A stretch of DNA of 64,000 nucleotides from an uncultured bacterium (GCA_964655475.1 CAZZMO010000003.1:84453-148452), one strand, 5' to 3'. Shown: positions 39,713 to 48,927, counted from the first letter of the stretch. The notes: generated by a model not told the origin, from the letters alone. A program made the numbers and translations.

Positions 39713-40713
39713 CTGTTGTCCTCAGTAGTTTTGTGGGGAACGCCAAGGTGTTCGTAGGCGAGATGTGTCGCTTCTCGTCCCCGGGATGTTCTTTTAAGGA
39801 GCCCTTTCATCATGAGATAAGGCTCATATACATCACTGATCGTTGCACTTTCTTCTCCAATCGCTGCTGCAATTGTGGCCACACCGACAGGCCCTCCTTC
39901 GTGATGATCAATGATGATGCGTAAGATTTTTTTATCCATTTCCTCGAGGCCGAGCTCATCAATTTCTAACATACCCAGTGCCTCAGCGACAACAGGGGGC
40001 TCTACGATCGAATGTCTTTGGATTTGGGCAAAATCTCGTACCCATCGGAGCAAGTTGTTGGCACATCGGGGTGTTCCTCTAGAGCGGCTGGCAATTTCAA
40101 CAGCTGCTTCTAAAGACATATCAACGCCGAGAATTTTCGATGCTCTCAAAACAATTTTAGCAAGAGAGTTATTATCGTAATAGTCCAATCTGCAATTGAA
40201 GTGGAATCGAGAGCGGAGTGGGGAGGAGATCGACGCCATTTTTGTCGTTGCACCCACTAAGGTAAATCGTTTGAGTTTGACCTGGACGCTTCTCGCGCTA
40301 GGTCCACTATCGAGCATGAAGTCGAGTGTGAAATTTTCTAGAGCAGGGTAGAGGTACTCTTCAATATTTCTTTGGAGTCTATGAATTTCATCGATGAAGA
40401 GGATATCCCCTTCCTCTAGGTTGGTGAGAATGCTCGCGAGATCGCCTGCTTTTTCAATGGTTGGTCCCGATGTGACGACGAGATGAGATCCCATCTCTTC
40501 AGCCATGATATTTGCAAGGGTGGTTTTTCCGAGTCCTGGAGGACCATGAAATAGGATGTGGCCAAGGGGTTCATTTCTCTCTTTTGCAGCAGATAAGTAG
40601 ACGTTGAGGCGAGTCTTGATCGCATCGTGGCCAATAAATTCTCCAAGACGAGAAGGTCTTAGTTTTGTCTCGAAGATTTGGTCTTTTTTAGAGAAGGGTA
40701 CATCTTTGCTCAT
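39709..40713 (-). CDS. ruvB: Holliday junction branch migration helicase RuvB
   Basis: 334 aa with Walker [10 protein letters not shown], Walker [11 protein letters not shown] and sensor regions. Confidence 0.97.
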
Positions 40714-40761
40714 AAGAAAAACACTAGCAGAAAAAGCTTTGAAACGCTATATATATTGTAC

Positions 40762-41328
40762 ATGGGATTATTATCAGATAAATGGATTAAAAAACTCGCT
40801 GAAGATCAAGAGATGATCGAACCTTTTGTCGATCATTTGGTATCAGAGAGAGATGGCAAAAAGATCATCAGCTATGGTCTTTCGAGCTATGGTTACGATT
40901 TAAGAGTTTCGAACCAGTTCAAAGTCTTCACTAATGTTTACAACACGATTGTCGATCCAAAAGGATTTAACGATAGTGAATTTGTTCACATTGAAGCAGA
41001 CACTTGTGTGATCCCACCTAATTCTTTTGCATTAGCTGTGAGTGTGGAGTACTTCCGCATTCCGAGAAACATTCTCACCCTCTGTGTAGGAAAATCTACC
41101 TACGCAAGATGTGGCATCATTGTGAACGTGACCCCTTTTGAACCAGAATGGGAAGGTTATGTCACTTTGGAGATTTCTAATACTACACCACTTCCTGCCA
41201 GAGTCTACGCGGGTGAAGGTTTAGCGCAGCTTCTTTTTCTTGAGGGAAAAGATGTTTGCATGACTTCATACCGAGATAGAAAAGGTAAATACATGGGTCA
41301 AGTGGGTATCACTCTTCCTAGAATGTAA
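40762..41328 (+). CDS. dcd: dCTP deaminase
   Basis: Start trimmed to 40762 ([12 protein letters not shown]...). SYGYDLRV, the [10 protein letters not shown]-type loop and EISNTTPLP are Dcd features. Confidence 0.95.
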   Translation: MGLLSDKWIKKLAEDQEMIEPFVDHLVSERDGKKIISYGLSSYGYDLRVSNQFKVFTNVYNTIVDPKGFNDSEFVHIEADTCVIPPNSFALAVSVEYFRIPRNILTLCVGKSTYARCGIIVNVTPFEPEWEGYVTLEISNTTPLPARVYAGEGLAQLLFLEGKDVCMTSYRDRKGKYMGQVGITLPRM

Positions 41329-41559
41329 TTTTTTTTTTACATCTTACTTGAGCATAAAAAAAACATTTGATAGTGTCCCGATTTAAGATGTTTTTCAGAA
41401 ATTTGTAAAGTTTCGCAATGGGGAAATTTTTACGAATACACGGAAAAGCTTCAGAGCGTTATACTAAGAAACTGTTAAAGGATTGAGAAATTCGCTGATA
41501 GTTTCTGAAGTGGATTCAAAGTTGGATTGTATTTCGATGTGAGAGGAAGAGGAGAAATT

Positions 41560-42192
41560 ATGGACCAGTTTTATAAAGTTAGGAAGAAGATGAGTATTGC
41601 TGAATCAACAAGGCAAGTATTGAACAAATCAATCGATTTGCTACACAAACTCTCCAATCGAAAATTGGCCAAAGAAGAGATGAAGCAGCAGCTTTCAACC
41701 CTCCTCTCGAACTACTTTTTTGCGGTCCATCCCGATAGTGCCAAACTCAACTTTGGGGAAGTGGATGAAACGAGCAAGATCAAGCTAGAGCTGTTTTTAG
41801 AGCAGGCCTATGAGATTTGCGATAAAGTCTCTAATGGGAAAGCTCCACTCTATGAAGCCATCATGCTCATGAATAAAGTAGTTGTTGCTCATCAGCCAAA
41901 TCATGAAGAAGTGCCAGCTCAACCAACACCGAGGCTAGAAGTCTCTGAGCCCCTCTCTCGTCTAGAAGAAGAAGAGGATCCAGGACTCGTTCCAGATGCC
42001 TTTGATCTCTCAGGGGAGGTCAGGGAAAAAATCAAGGCGAGGATGGTGACCCCAGAAAAGCAAGAAGTGGGAAGTCTCATCGCTGATGTTTTAAAAAGGC
42101 AAGAAGAGTTGAATCTTTCGATTTCTGTATTGAATCACTCTCTAAAAGAAGTGGGATTTGAGCTCAGACCTCTTTCTAAAGAACGTCCTTGA
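41560..42192 (+). CDS. Hypothetical acidic protein
   Basis: Start trimmed to the ATG at 41560 (GGAGAA RBS). 210 aa, helical N-terminal half, then a P/E-rich linker (EEVPAQPTPRLEVSEPLSRLEEEEDPG). No signal peptide or TM, and no family recognised. Confidence 0.55.
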   Translation: MDQFYKVRKKMSIAESTRQVLNKSIDLLHKLSNRKLAKEEMKQQLSTLLSNYFFAVHPDSAKLNFGEVDETSKIKLELFLEQAYEICDKVSNGKAPLYEAIMLMNKVVVAHQPNHEEVPAQPTPRLEVSEPLSRLEEEEDPGLVPDAFDLSGEVREKIKARMVTPEKQEVGSLIADVLKRQEELNLSISVLNHSLKEVGFELRPLSKERP

Positions 42193-42313
42193 ATTTTTTT
42201 TTCACTCCCTCTATCCTATACCCAAGTGAACACAAAGTTTTGTGTTCTCATCTTGATTGGTAATTATTTTTAAGATAATAGTAAGTTATTAGAACTTTCC
42301 ATCGGTTTTTATT

Positions 42314-42607
42314 ATGTTTTATAATAAAGCGAGATCCTTGTTTCAGTGGTGGTGGGTAGTTCTATTTGTATTATCTGTTTCCCTGTTATACAAAAAAAGC
42401 GTTCACGCTAAGGCTGTTATGCACCAGTCTCTCTTTGAGAGAAGATGTGACCTCGAAGAGCAAAAGAGTAAAGCTTTAAAAGATAAAGAAGAGCTCTTGC
42501 TAAAACTTGCTAGTCAAAATGATCCAGAATGGGTCGAAATGACCCTCATGAGAGGCCTTGGAGTTGTTCCAGAGGGGCAGACAAAGGTACTTTTTATTGA
42601 GAAGTAA
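42314..42607 (+). CDS. FtsB/DivIC-like septum formation initiator (candidate)
   Basis: 97 aa with an N-terminal TM (WWWVVLFVLSVSLLY), a coiled coil, then DPEWVEMTLMRGLGVVPEGQTKVLF. That tail resembles the DivIC-family C-terminal pattern (..iEe.AR..LGmv.pGE.v..). Confidence 0.5.
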   Translation: MFYNKARSLFQWWWVVLFVLSVSLLYKKSVHAKAVMHQSLFERRCDLEEQKSKALKDKEELLLKLASQNDPEWVEMTLMRGLGVVPEGQTKVLFIEK

Positions 42608-43842
42608 TGACAGCAGTATCATTGGTCACGATTCTCTTTTTCCTTCTACTCATTTCAGCAATTGCTTCTGCATCTGAAACAGCACTCTTTTCTCTCAGTT
42701 CTTTGCAAATCAAGCAGATGCATTCAGAAGGGGGAGAGAGACGTCGTTTAATTGTCAGCTTGCTTCGAAGGCCTAGAGACCTGCTTGTCACCATTTTGAT
42801 GATCAATATGGCAGTGAATATTTTGGTCCAAAACCTGATATCAGAGATTTTTGGTGCCTTTTCTGGCTGGATGCTAACAGTGGGAGTCCCTTTTGTCCTC
42901 ACACTTGTTTTTGGAGAAGTGCTTCCAAAATCGATTGCCATGGCCAATAACATCAAAATTTCCCTCTGGGTAGCTCATTTTATCTATTTACTCCGTTGGG
43001 TCTTTACCCCCATCAGGATTGTTTTTACGAAAGTGGCGAGCGCCCTCTCCCACGTAGTATTCTTTTTTCTCAAGTCAGAAAAAGAGATCTCCACTGATGA
43101 GCTAAAGCACGCGCTCAAGGCATCGAGAGATTATGGCATCATCAGCACAGAAGAAGCTAAACTCATCAAAGGATCTCTTAACCTCGATGAAATGTTAGTG
43201 AAAGAGCTCATGAGGCCGAGGATGGAGATCCTCTATTTTGATCTCGAGCAGCCCTTAAGTGCTTTATTAGCGATGTTTATTGATCAAGAGTGCTCCCGGA
43301 TCCCTGTGATTGATGGAGATTTAGAGAATGTCATTGGGATCATCACTAGCGATATTTTCTTTTTGCAAAGAAGGCATATCCAGACAAGTCAAGATTTAAG
43401 ACGTTTTGTGAAAGAGAGCTACTTTGTCCCTGAGACCATGGGGGCAAGAGACCTCTTTTCCCAATTTAGGGAGAAAAAGGAATCGATTGCACTTGTCATC
43501 GATGAGTATGGCTCCATATCTGGGATCATTTCTTTGGAGGACATCGTTGAAATCGTCGTAGGGCAGATCGAAGATAAGAGAGATGAGGAATTGCTCTTTA
43601 CGAAGTCATCTGAGGATGTAATCATTGCGAGTGGAAAGATGGAACTTGCTGAATTAGAAGAGCTTTTTGATATTTCCCTCCGTTCAAAAACCAATATGGC
43701 GACTGTCGGGGGATTTTTGACAGAGCAGCTCGGCGATATTCCTCAGAGCGGCTCGAAACATATAGTCGACAATATTTTATTCAATGTCCTCGCCTCTAGT
43801 AAGACAAAGGTGCTGAAGATTTACATAAGGAAGTTGAAATAA
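42607..43842 (+). CDS. CNNM/DUF21-CBS-CorC_HlyC membrane protein (TlyC-like), copy 1
   Basis: 411 aa: N-terminal 4-TM DUF21 (GEVLPKSIA), a CBS pair (RIPVIDGDLENVIGIIT; ALVIDEYGSISGIISLEDIVE) and a C-terminal CorC/HlyC domain. Confidence 0.85.
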   Translation: MTAVSLVTILFFLLLISAIASASETALFSLSSLQIKQMHSEGGERRRLIVSLLRRPRDLLVTILMINMAVNILVQNLISEIFGAFSGWMLTVGVPFVLTLVFGEVLPKSIAMANNIKISLWVAHFIYLLRWVFTPIRIVFTKVASALSHVVFFFLKSEKEISTDELKHALKASRDYGIISTEEAKLIKGSLNLDEMLVKELMRPRMEILYFDLEQPLSALLAMFIDQECSRIPVIDGDLENVIGIITSDIFFLQRRHIQTSQDLRRFVKESYFVPETMGARDLFSQFREKKESIALVIDEYGSISGIISLEDIVEIVVGQIEDKRDEELLFTKSSEDVIIASGKMELAELEELFDISLRSKTNMATVGGFLTEQLGDIPQSGSKHIVDNILFNVLASSKTKVLKIYIRKLK

Positions 43843-45074
43843 TGGGATCTTCGTGGCAACTCTTTTTAGGGCTTACGATCCTCTTCTTAGCGGTTCAGGG
43901 ATATTTTGCCATGATGGAAATGGCGCTCGTTTCTTTCAACCGGGTCCGTCTTCAGTATTATGTTGCACAAGATCGAAAAAGGGCTGTTTGGATCAGTGAG
44001 CTCCTCTCCCATCCAACAAGGCTTTTCGGTACGACCCTCATCGGGATTAATGCAAGTCTACAGATCGGCTCTGAATGTGCCCGCCGCTTCTATAGCGACT
44101 TTGGCCTCCCTGCCGATTTTGCTCCACTGACCCAGATTATTTTGGTCGTACTATTTGCAGAACTCATCCCCATGGTGGCTGGAAGAACCCACGCAGAGCA
44201 TGTGGCTATGCTCGGGATCCGATTTCTCTACTTTGCCTCATGGCTCTTTAGCCCGATGATTTGGGTCCTTAATTTGCTTACAAAGATGGCTCACCACTTG
44301 TTTGGCTCATCACCCTCCTTTGTCTCTTATTTGACTAGGGAAGAGCTTCAAAGGGCTATTGAATCGAAAGTGGAAAAGAGAGAGCCCTTCAATCAGGAGT
44401 TGATCACGATCTCTAACAATATTTTTGCCCTAAAAGCTAAGACTCCCAAAGATTTAATGATTCCTCTTTCTGATCTTCCTAAATTTGAAGAGAATATATC
44501 GATCCAGAAATTGGAAGAGTATCTGAACCACGATTTTACCCCCTACATTGCCCTCTATCATGAAAAGCCCGAGAATATTTTCGGGGTGCTTTTCTCTAGA
44601 GATTTGCTGAGGGTCTCTGACAACACAACGGTTAGAGATTTAGCCCGCTCTACTTGGTTCGTAACTGAGGATAACTCCATCCATCAAATTCTCAGTCAGT
44701 TTAGAAGTACTTCCCAACAGTTGGCGGTGGTCTTAGACGATCATGGAAAAGCGAAAGGGGTGATCACCCTCGATGCGATCATTAGTGAAATCTTCTTCAG
44801 CAATGCCCCTGATCTCGGAAAAGGGGATACAAGATCGAAAAAGGGGCAAGTCTTCATCGACCGTTCATTCCCAGCTCATACAAAGCTTGAAGAGATCAAT
44901 CGCCGTTTTCAGCTCACCTTACCTATTGAGTATGAAACTCTAGAGGGTTTGATGACTCATGAGCTTGGCCATATCCCCAAAAAAGGGGAGCACCTCCTCT
45001 ATCAAGGGGTGGAATTCATCGTAGAGGAGTCTCCTCTCATGGTTGAAAAGAGCATCAGAATCAAAAACTGCTAA
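43842..45074 (+). CDS. CNNM/DUF21-CBS-CorC_HlyC membrane protein (TlyC-like), copy 2
   Basis: 410 aa with the same architecture (AELIPMVAG; LAVVLDDHGKAKGVITLDAIISE). The ATG overlaps the copy-1 TAA. Confidence 0.85.
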   Translation: MGSSWQLFLGLTILFLAVQGYFAMMEMALVSFNRVRLQYYVAQDRKRAVWISELLSHPTRLFGTTLIGINASLQIGSECARRFYSDFGLPADFAPLTQIILVVLFAELIPMVAGRTHAEHVAMLGIRFLYFASWLFSPMIWVLNLLTKMAHHLFGSSPSFVSYLTREELQRAIESKVEKREPFNQELITISNNIFALKAKTPKDLMIPLSDLPKFEENISIQKLEEYLNHDFTPYIALYHEKPENIFGVLFSRDLLRVSDNTTVRDLARSTWFVTEDNSIHQILSQFRSTSQQLAVVLDDHGKAKGVITLDAIISEIFFSNAPDLGKGDTRSKKGQVFIDRSFPAHTKLEEINRRFQLTLPIEYETLEGLMTHELGHIPKKGEHLLYQGVEFIVEESPLMVEKSIRIKNC

Positions 45075-45139
45075 TAAATCAACTGGTTACGAATCTATAA
45101 TACCCCCTTTGCTATCCTCTTGAGAACGGAGGTGAGGGA

Positions 45140-45385
45140 ATGGATGATGCACCAGTGGTAGAAGGTTTTTTGAATTCTTTGAAGGAAAAGATCGAAAACA
45201 TTCCGGGACTTACGACACTGATAAAGCGCTTTGTGTTGACGAGTGCAGTCAAAGACTATCTACCACCAAAATATCATCATTTTGCACCTGCTGTTGTCAA
45301 AGAGCTTTTGGCGAGTGAAGCGATCCAAATCAAGATCGACAACGTCCTCTCTGATATCATTTACGAGCGGTTCATCCAAACCTGA
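45140..45385 (+). CDS. Hypothetical small protein
   Basis: 81 aa with a strong RBS (GGAGGTGA 6 nt upstream of the ATG). Its stop lies inside the left arm of the inverted repeat. No family recognised. Confidence 0.45.
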   Translation: MDDAPVVEGFLNSLKEKIENIPGLTTLIKRFVLTSAVKDYLPPKYHHFAPAVVKELLASEAIQIKIDNVLSDIIYERFIQT

Positions 45386-45466
45386 ATTTCGGGTTTATCG
45401 ACCAGCCGCCTTTGCCCTTTATGGTCAGAGTAGACGAGCCGAGGTCGATAAACCCCAAATTCAGGT
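45380..45466. repeat. 24-bp inverted repeat (1 mismatch) around a 39-nt spacer, between convergent genes
   Basis: Left arm ACCTGAATTTCGGGTTTATCGACC (45380-45403). The right arm GGTCGATAAACCCCAAATTCAGGT (45443-45466) is its reverse complement except for one central base. Confidence 0.85.
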
Positions 45467-46561
45467 GACCACTTTGAGAATAGAGTGGATTGTTTTTTCG
45501 ATCTCTTCTCTGGTATTCATCCGAGAGAGGGAGATGCGGAGCGAATTTTTTGCCTCGTGGGGAGGAAGTCCCATTCCAAGAAGCACCTCTGATGGTTGTA
45601 AAGATCCTGCTGAACAAGCAGATCCTAATGATACGATCACACCCTCTTTTTCGAGCATGATGAGGAGGTTTTCTCCATCCTTATCAGGAAAGTAGAGATT
45701 CGATGTATTTGCGATCCGTTTGAGAGGGCGGTGGAGCTTCATTTGAGGGATCTTTTTTTCTAGCTCCGTTTCTAGCAGTTCAACAAGCTCTCTCATCTGG
45801 GTTTGATGACTTTTTTGGAGGAGTTCAATTGCTTTTGCAAAGCCCAAAATTCCTGAAAGGTTTTCTGTTCCCCCTCTCATTCCTTCTTGTTGATGCCCTC
45901 CGAGGATCCAGGGGGAGATCACTTTTCCTTGTTTGAGATAGAGAAGTCCAATCCCTTTTGGTCCGTGGCATTTATGTGCTGAAAACGTCATGGCGCTGAT
46001 TCCAGGAACCATTGAAAATTCCATCTTTCCAAGGGCTTGCACACCATCTAAAAGGAGCGGAACTCCATATTTAAGAGCAAGAGATGCACATTCTTCATAG
46101 TCGAGAATGGCTCCTGTTTCGCTGTTTGCCAAAGAGAGGAAAATAAAGGCGATATTCGGTCCCTCTTTTTCTAAAGTATCCCTGAGGCTTTCCATAGAAG
46201 GGGTACCTGATGAGGTGATCGGAAGATCGTAGATTTCAGCTCCTAACGCTTTAAGAGGAGCTCTCACACTTAAATGTTCGATAGAAGAAGAGATGACGAT
46301 GTTTTTCTTCCTTTTTTGGAAAAAACCTCTGATGATCCAGTTGTTTGCTTCTGTGGCCCCCGATGTAAAATAGAGCTCATGCGGAGATAGATGGAAATAG
46401 TCTGCGATGGAGCGCTTTGCGTCCATAAGCATCGCCTTCGCCTTGCGTCCGTAATAGGTAATGCTTGAGGGGTTGTAGGGGATAGGGGCAAGGTCGATCT
46501 GCATTGCAGATAGAACGAGTGGGTCTAGCGGGGTTGTCGCATTGTTATCTAAATAAATCAT
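45461..46561 (-). CDS. Cysteine desulfurase (NifS/IscS-like class V aminotransferase)
   Basis: 366 aa; MIYLDNNATTPLDP, PLP-lysine context SAHKCHGPKGIG, and the active-site loop GSACSAG. Confidence 0.9.
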   Translation of the reverse strand: MIYLDNNATTPLDPLVLSAMQIDLAPIPYNPSSITYYGRKAKAMLMDAKRSIADYFHLSPHELYFTSGATEANNWIIRGFFQKRKKNIVISSSIEHLSVRAPLKALGAEIYDLPITSSGTPSMESLRDTLEKEGPNIAFIFLSLANSETGAILDYEECASLALKYGVPLLLDGVQALGKMEFSMVPGISAMTFSAHKCHGPKGIGLLYLKQGKVISPWILGGHQQEGMRGGTENLSGILGFAKAIELLQKSHQTQMRELVELLETELEKKIPQMKLHRPLKRIANTSNLYFPDKDGENLLIMLEKEGVIVSLGSACSAGSLQPSEVLLGMGLPPHEAKNSLRISLSRMNTREEIEKTIHSILKVVT

Positions 46562-47334
46562 TCCACTTCAACAAGCACAAGAGTGATGTTGTCATGGCCA
46601 CCTCGTGACTTGGCCATATCGATGAGTCTGTTCCCCTTTTCTTCAAGGGTTCCAGCTCCTTGGATAACGGCCTTGAGCTCATCGTCCCTAATGAGATCGG
46701 TCAACCCATCTGAACAGAGTAGGTAGACATCTCCAAGACGAAGTTCCCCATGACGGATGTCAGCTAAAACCTCCGGAGAGGTGCCAACAACTCTTGTGAG
46801 AATCCTTTTTGAGGAAGAGGATACCGGATGAGAGGTTTCTTTGTCCACTGAGTGGTCAGTGGTCAGAGGAGTTAAAATTTTTTCTCTCAATAGGTAGATG
46901 CGGCTGTCACCAACATGGGAAAAAATTACCCGCTTCTCGTGAAAAAGAAGGGAGCATAGGGTTGTCCCCATCCCCTTAAGAGAAGGGTTTTTATTGCCGA
47001 GGTGATTCACCCAATAGTTTGCACTTTGGATGAACAGCTGAATTTTTTGAGAGAGGTCTTCTAAAGGGAGTTGGTGTTCATTGAGGTAAAAGAGAGTTTT
47101 GATTGCACCACACATGTAATCGACCGCTTTTTGAGCAGCGATCTCTCCCGCTTGGTGCCCTCCCATACCGTCAGCAACAATGTAAAACTTTTCTTCAGGA
47201 AGAAGCGCGAAGACATCTTCGTTATTGCGCCTTACGAGGCCAACATCAGACTTTGCAAATGATTTGAACTTATACACGCTTAAAGCAAAAAACTCTTTTA
47301 AGATAGAGATAACACTATACAGAAAAAATTTCAA
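46558..47334 (-). CDS. PP2C-family Ser/Thr protein phosphatase
   Basis: 258 aa; SDVGLVRRNNEDVF, ADGMGGHQAGEIAA, CSDGLTD and GGHDNITLVLVEV are PPM motifs. Confidence 0.9.
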   Translation of the reverse strand: MKFFLYSVISILKEFFALSVYKFKSFAKSDVGLVRRNNEDVFALLPEEKFYIVADGMGGHQAGEIAAQKAVDYMCGAIKTLFYLNEHQLPLEDLSQKIQLFIQSANYWVNHLGNKNPSLKGMGTTLCSLLFHEKRVIFSHVGDSRIYLLREKILTPLTTDHSVDKETSHPVSSSSKRILTRVVGTSPEVLADIRHGELRLGDVYLLCSDGLTDLIRDDELKAVIQGAGTLEEKGNRLIDMAKSRGGHDNITLVLVEVE

Positions 47335-48206
47335 GCAGTGCTTTCTGTAATGATTCGGATCACACTGATGAAGTTAAAAACCACATGCAGCGTGATGTTG
47401 GCAATTAGGCTTCTCTGCTTTTCATAGATAAAGCCTAAATAGAGGGCAAAGGTAAAAAGAGAGAAAAAAAGAGCAATATTTCCTACCCCTTGACTTGGGG
47501 TGAGATGGAATAGTGAAAACGCAAGTGAGCTGATCGTGATGGCCCAGATAGGAGAGAGTTTATTTCTGATCCATGTTTGCAGGACACCTCGAAAGAGGTA
47601 CTCTTCTAGAAAAGGGGCTCCTACTAAAATCGTGATGAGGGCAACGACAAAAGAAAATGGAGCTTCAATCGCCAGTTTAAGGTATTGAATTGCCATCTGC
47701 TCCTTCCCTAGTTCGTGAAAAAACAGCAGAGTAATCGCTTCTGAAAGTTCAGATGCGACAATCACAGTAGGGAAGGCAATTAGCCAAGTAAAAGCTCCAA
47801 TTCCCATATCGTAGCGAAGGGATCTTTCATCAGTAAAAGTTCGATCCTTCCAGATCTTTTGAAATGAAGAGCGGTTAATAGACCATCCATAGACCCAAAG
47901 GAGAAATCCCGTGACTACGAAGATCATGAGCTGAAGAAGAGCGATCAAGTTGATGTAATTCACTTTTGATCCACAAATTCTCACGAGATAGTGAAGGATA
48001 GTAGGGGCAAACATGATGTAGACTGAAATGAAGATGAGGTAGGTAACGATTACCTGAGAGAATGTAATGGTTGGTACTTTGTGCTCTTTTGCAGGGAGAT
48101 TAAAAAACCCCTTTCCCCAAGCAACCCAAGAAACAATGAGGGCAAGAGCTCCAAACATCAGTGACAGGCAAAGCAATTGGAGGATGGAAGGGGTTTCTGT
48201 TTCCAA
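47331..48206 (-). CDS. CPBP-family intramembrane glutamic protease (CAAX protease-like)
   Basis: 291 aa, multi-TM, with the EEYLFRGVLQ (EExxxR) and FSLFH / HVVFN motifs of the CPBP/Abi family. Confidence 0.8.
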   Translation of the reverse strand: METETPSILQLLCLSLMFGALALIVSWVAWGKGFFNLPAKEHKVPTITFSQVIVTYLIFISVYIMFAPTILHYLVRICGSKVNYINLIALLQLMIFVVTGFLLWVYGWSINRSSFQKIWKDRTFTDERSLRYDMGIGAFTWLIAFPTVIVASELSEAITLLFFHELGKEQMAIQYLKLAIEAPFSFVVALITILVGAPFLEEYLFRGVLQTWIRNKLSPIWAITISSLAFSLFHLTPSQGVGNIALFFSLFTFALYLGFIYEKQRSLIANITLHVVFNFISVIRIITESTA

Positions 48207-48210
48207 ACGA

Positions 48211-48867
48211 TTACCTAGTTTTGGCGAGGAGGATATAGTCTTCGATCTGACCAGAAATTCTCTTCATGAGACCTGCATGTGCAAGCCCGAGTGGAGAGAT
48301 AAAGTAGCCCGTTTTTCCCCAAGAAGTTTTCGAATAGTCAATCGAAGAGAGCTGCCAAGGGATCGTGTGCGTTTCTGTAAACATCTCTTGTAAAATCGTT
48401 TTTGGTGTCTCATTTCTGAGGTCAACCACTTTGACACGGATGCTCATACTGAGGTGATAGGAAGGAGCATTTTTTACGTTGAAAAGGCTCTCAGTGATCT
48501 TGGGCACGAGAGAATGTTCTGCGATTTCAATGATCACGACAAACTCTGCAGAATTTCTGATCTCTTGAAAAAGAGCCCCTTCTTCTGACTGCATAGGATT
48601 TCCCTTTTTCCAGCGAGAGACGTTGTAGTCGTGGAGGAGAAAAAGGTTGCTTTGTCTTAAGAATCTACCCTCTAATCCTTCTGTGAATTCCTGAGCTAAC
48701 GACCAGGGTAAGCTAGAGTCAGTAGAGTCAATAACAGGAAGAAACGCCACTTTTGGTTTTGCTCTTCCATCTTTGTGGTAGCGGGATTGTTCAGAGGTGT
48801 CAGTAGAATCGCAACCGACCATTGTGACAATAATAGTGAGTAAAAGGAGTATCTTCTTCATGCCCAT
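48211..48867 (-). CDS. Hypothetical lipoprotein
   Basis: Start trimmed to the ATG at 48867 (MGMKKILLLLTIIVTMVGCDS, lipobox VGC). The track start at 48885 is a TTG. Confidence 0.6.
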   Translation of the reverse strand: MGMKKILLLLTIIVTMVGCDSTDTSEQSRYHKDGRAKPKVAFLPVIDSTDSSLPWSLAQEFTEGLEGRFLRQSNLFLLHDYNVSRWKKGNPMQSEEGALFQEIRNSAEFVVIIEIAEHSLVPKITESLFNVKNAPSYHLSMSIRVKVVDLRNETPKTILQEMFTETHTIPWQLSSIDYSKTSWGKTGYFISPLGLAHAGLMKRISGQIEDYILLAKTR

Positions 48868-48927
48868 AGCTCTTTTTATCCACAATATAACAGAAAAATT
48901 TTCCTAGCACAATAGTAATAAAGTCTC

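Noticed and set aside
41406-41450. Sigma-28-like -35 element TAAAGTTT upstream of the 210-aa ORF
   Set aside because: The best -10-like match (TACGAATA versus GCCGATAA) lies 18 nt downstream instead of ~11 and matches poorly.
45243-45695. 150-aa plus-strand ORF spanning the inverted repeat and the 3' end of the desulfurase gene
   Set aside because: It is out of frame with the well-supported 81-aa ORF and antisense to a conserved gene. It has no RBS.
48876-48884. Perfect consensus DnaA box TTATCCACA just upstream of the lipoprotein gene start
   Set aside because: It is a single isolated 9-mer. About 0.5 chance occurrences are expected in 64 kb on two strands (128,000/4^9). I saw no cluster of boxes or adjacent AT-rich unwinding element.
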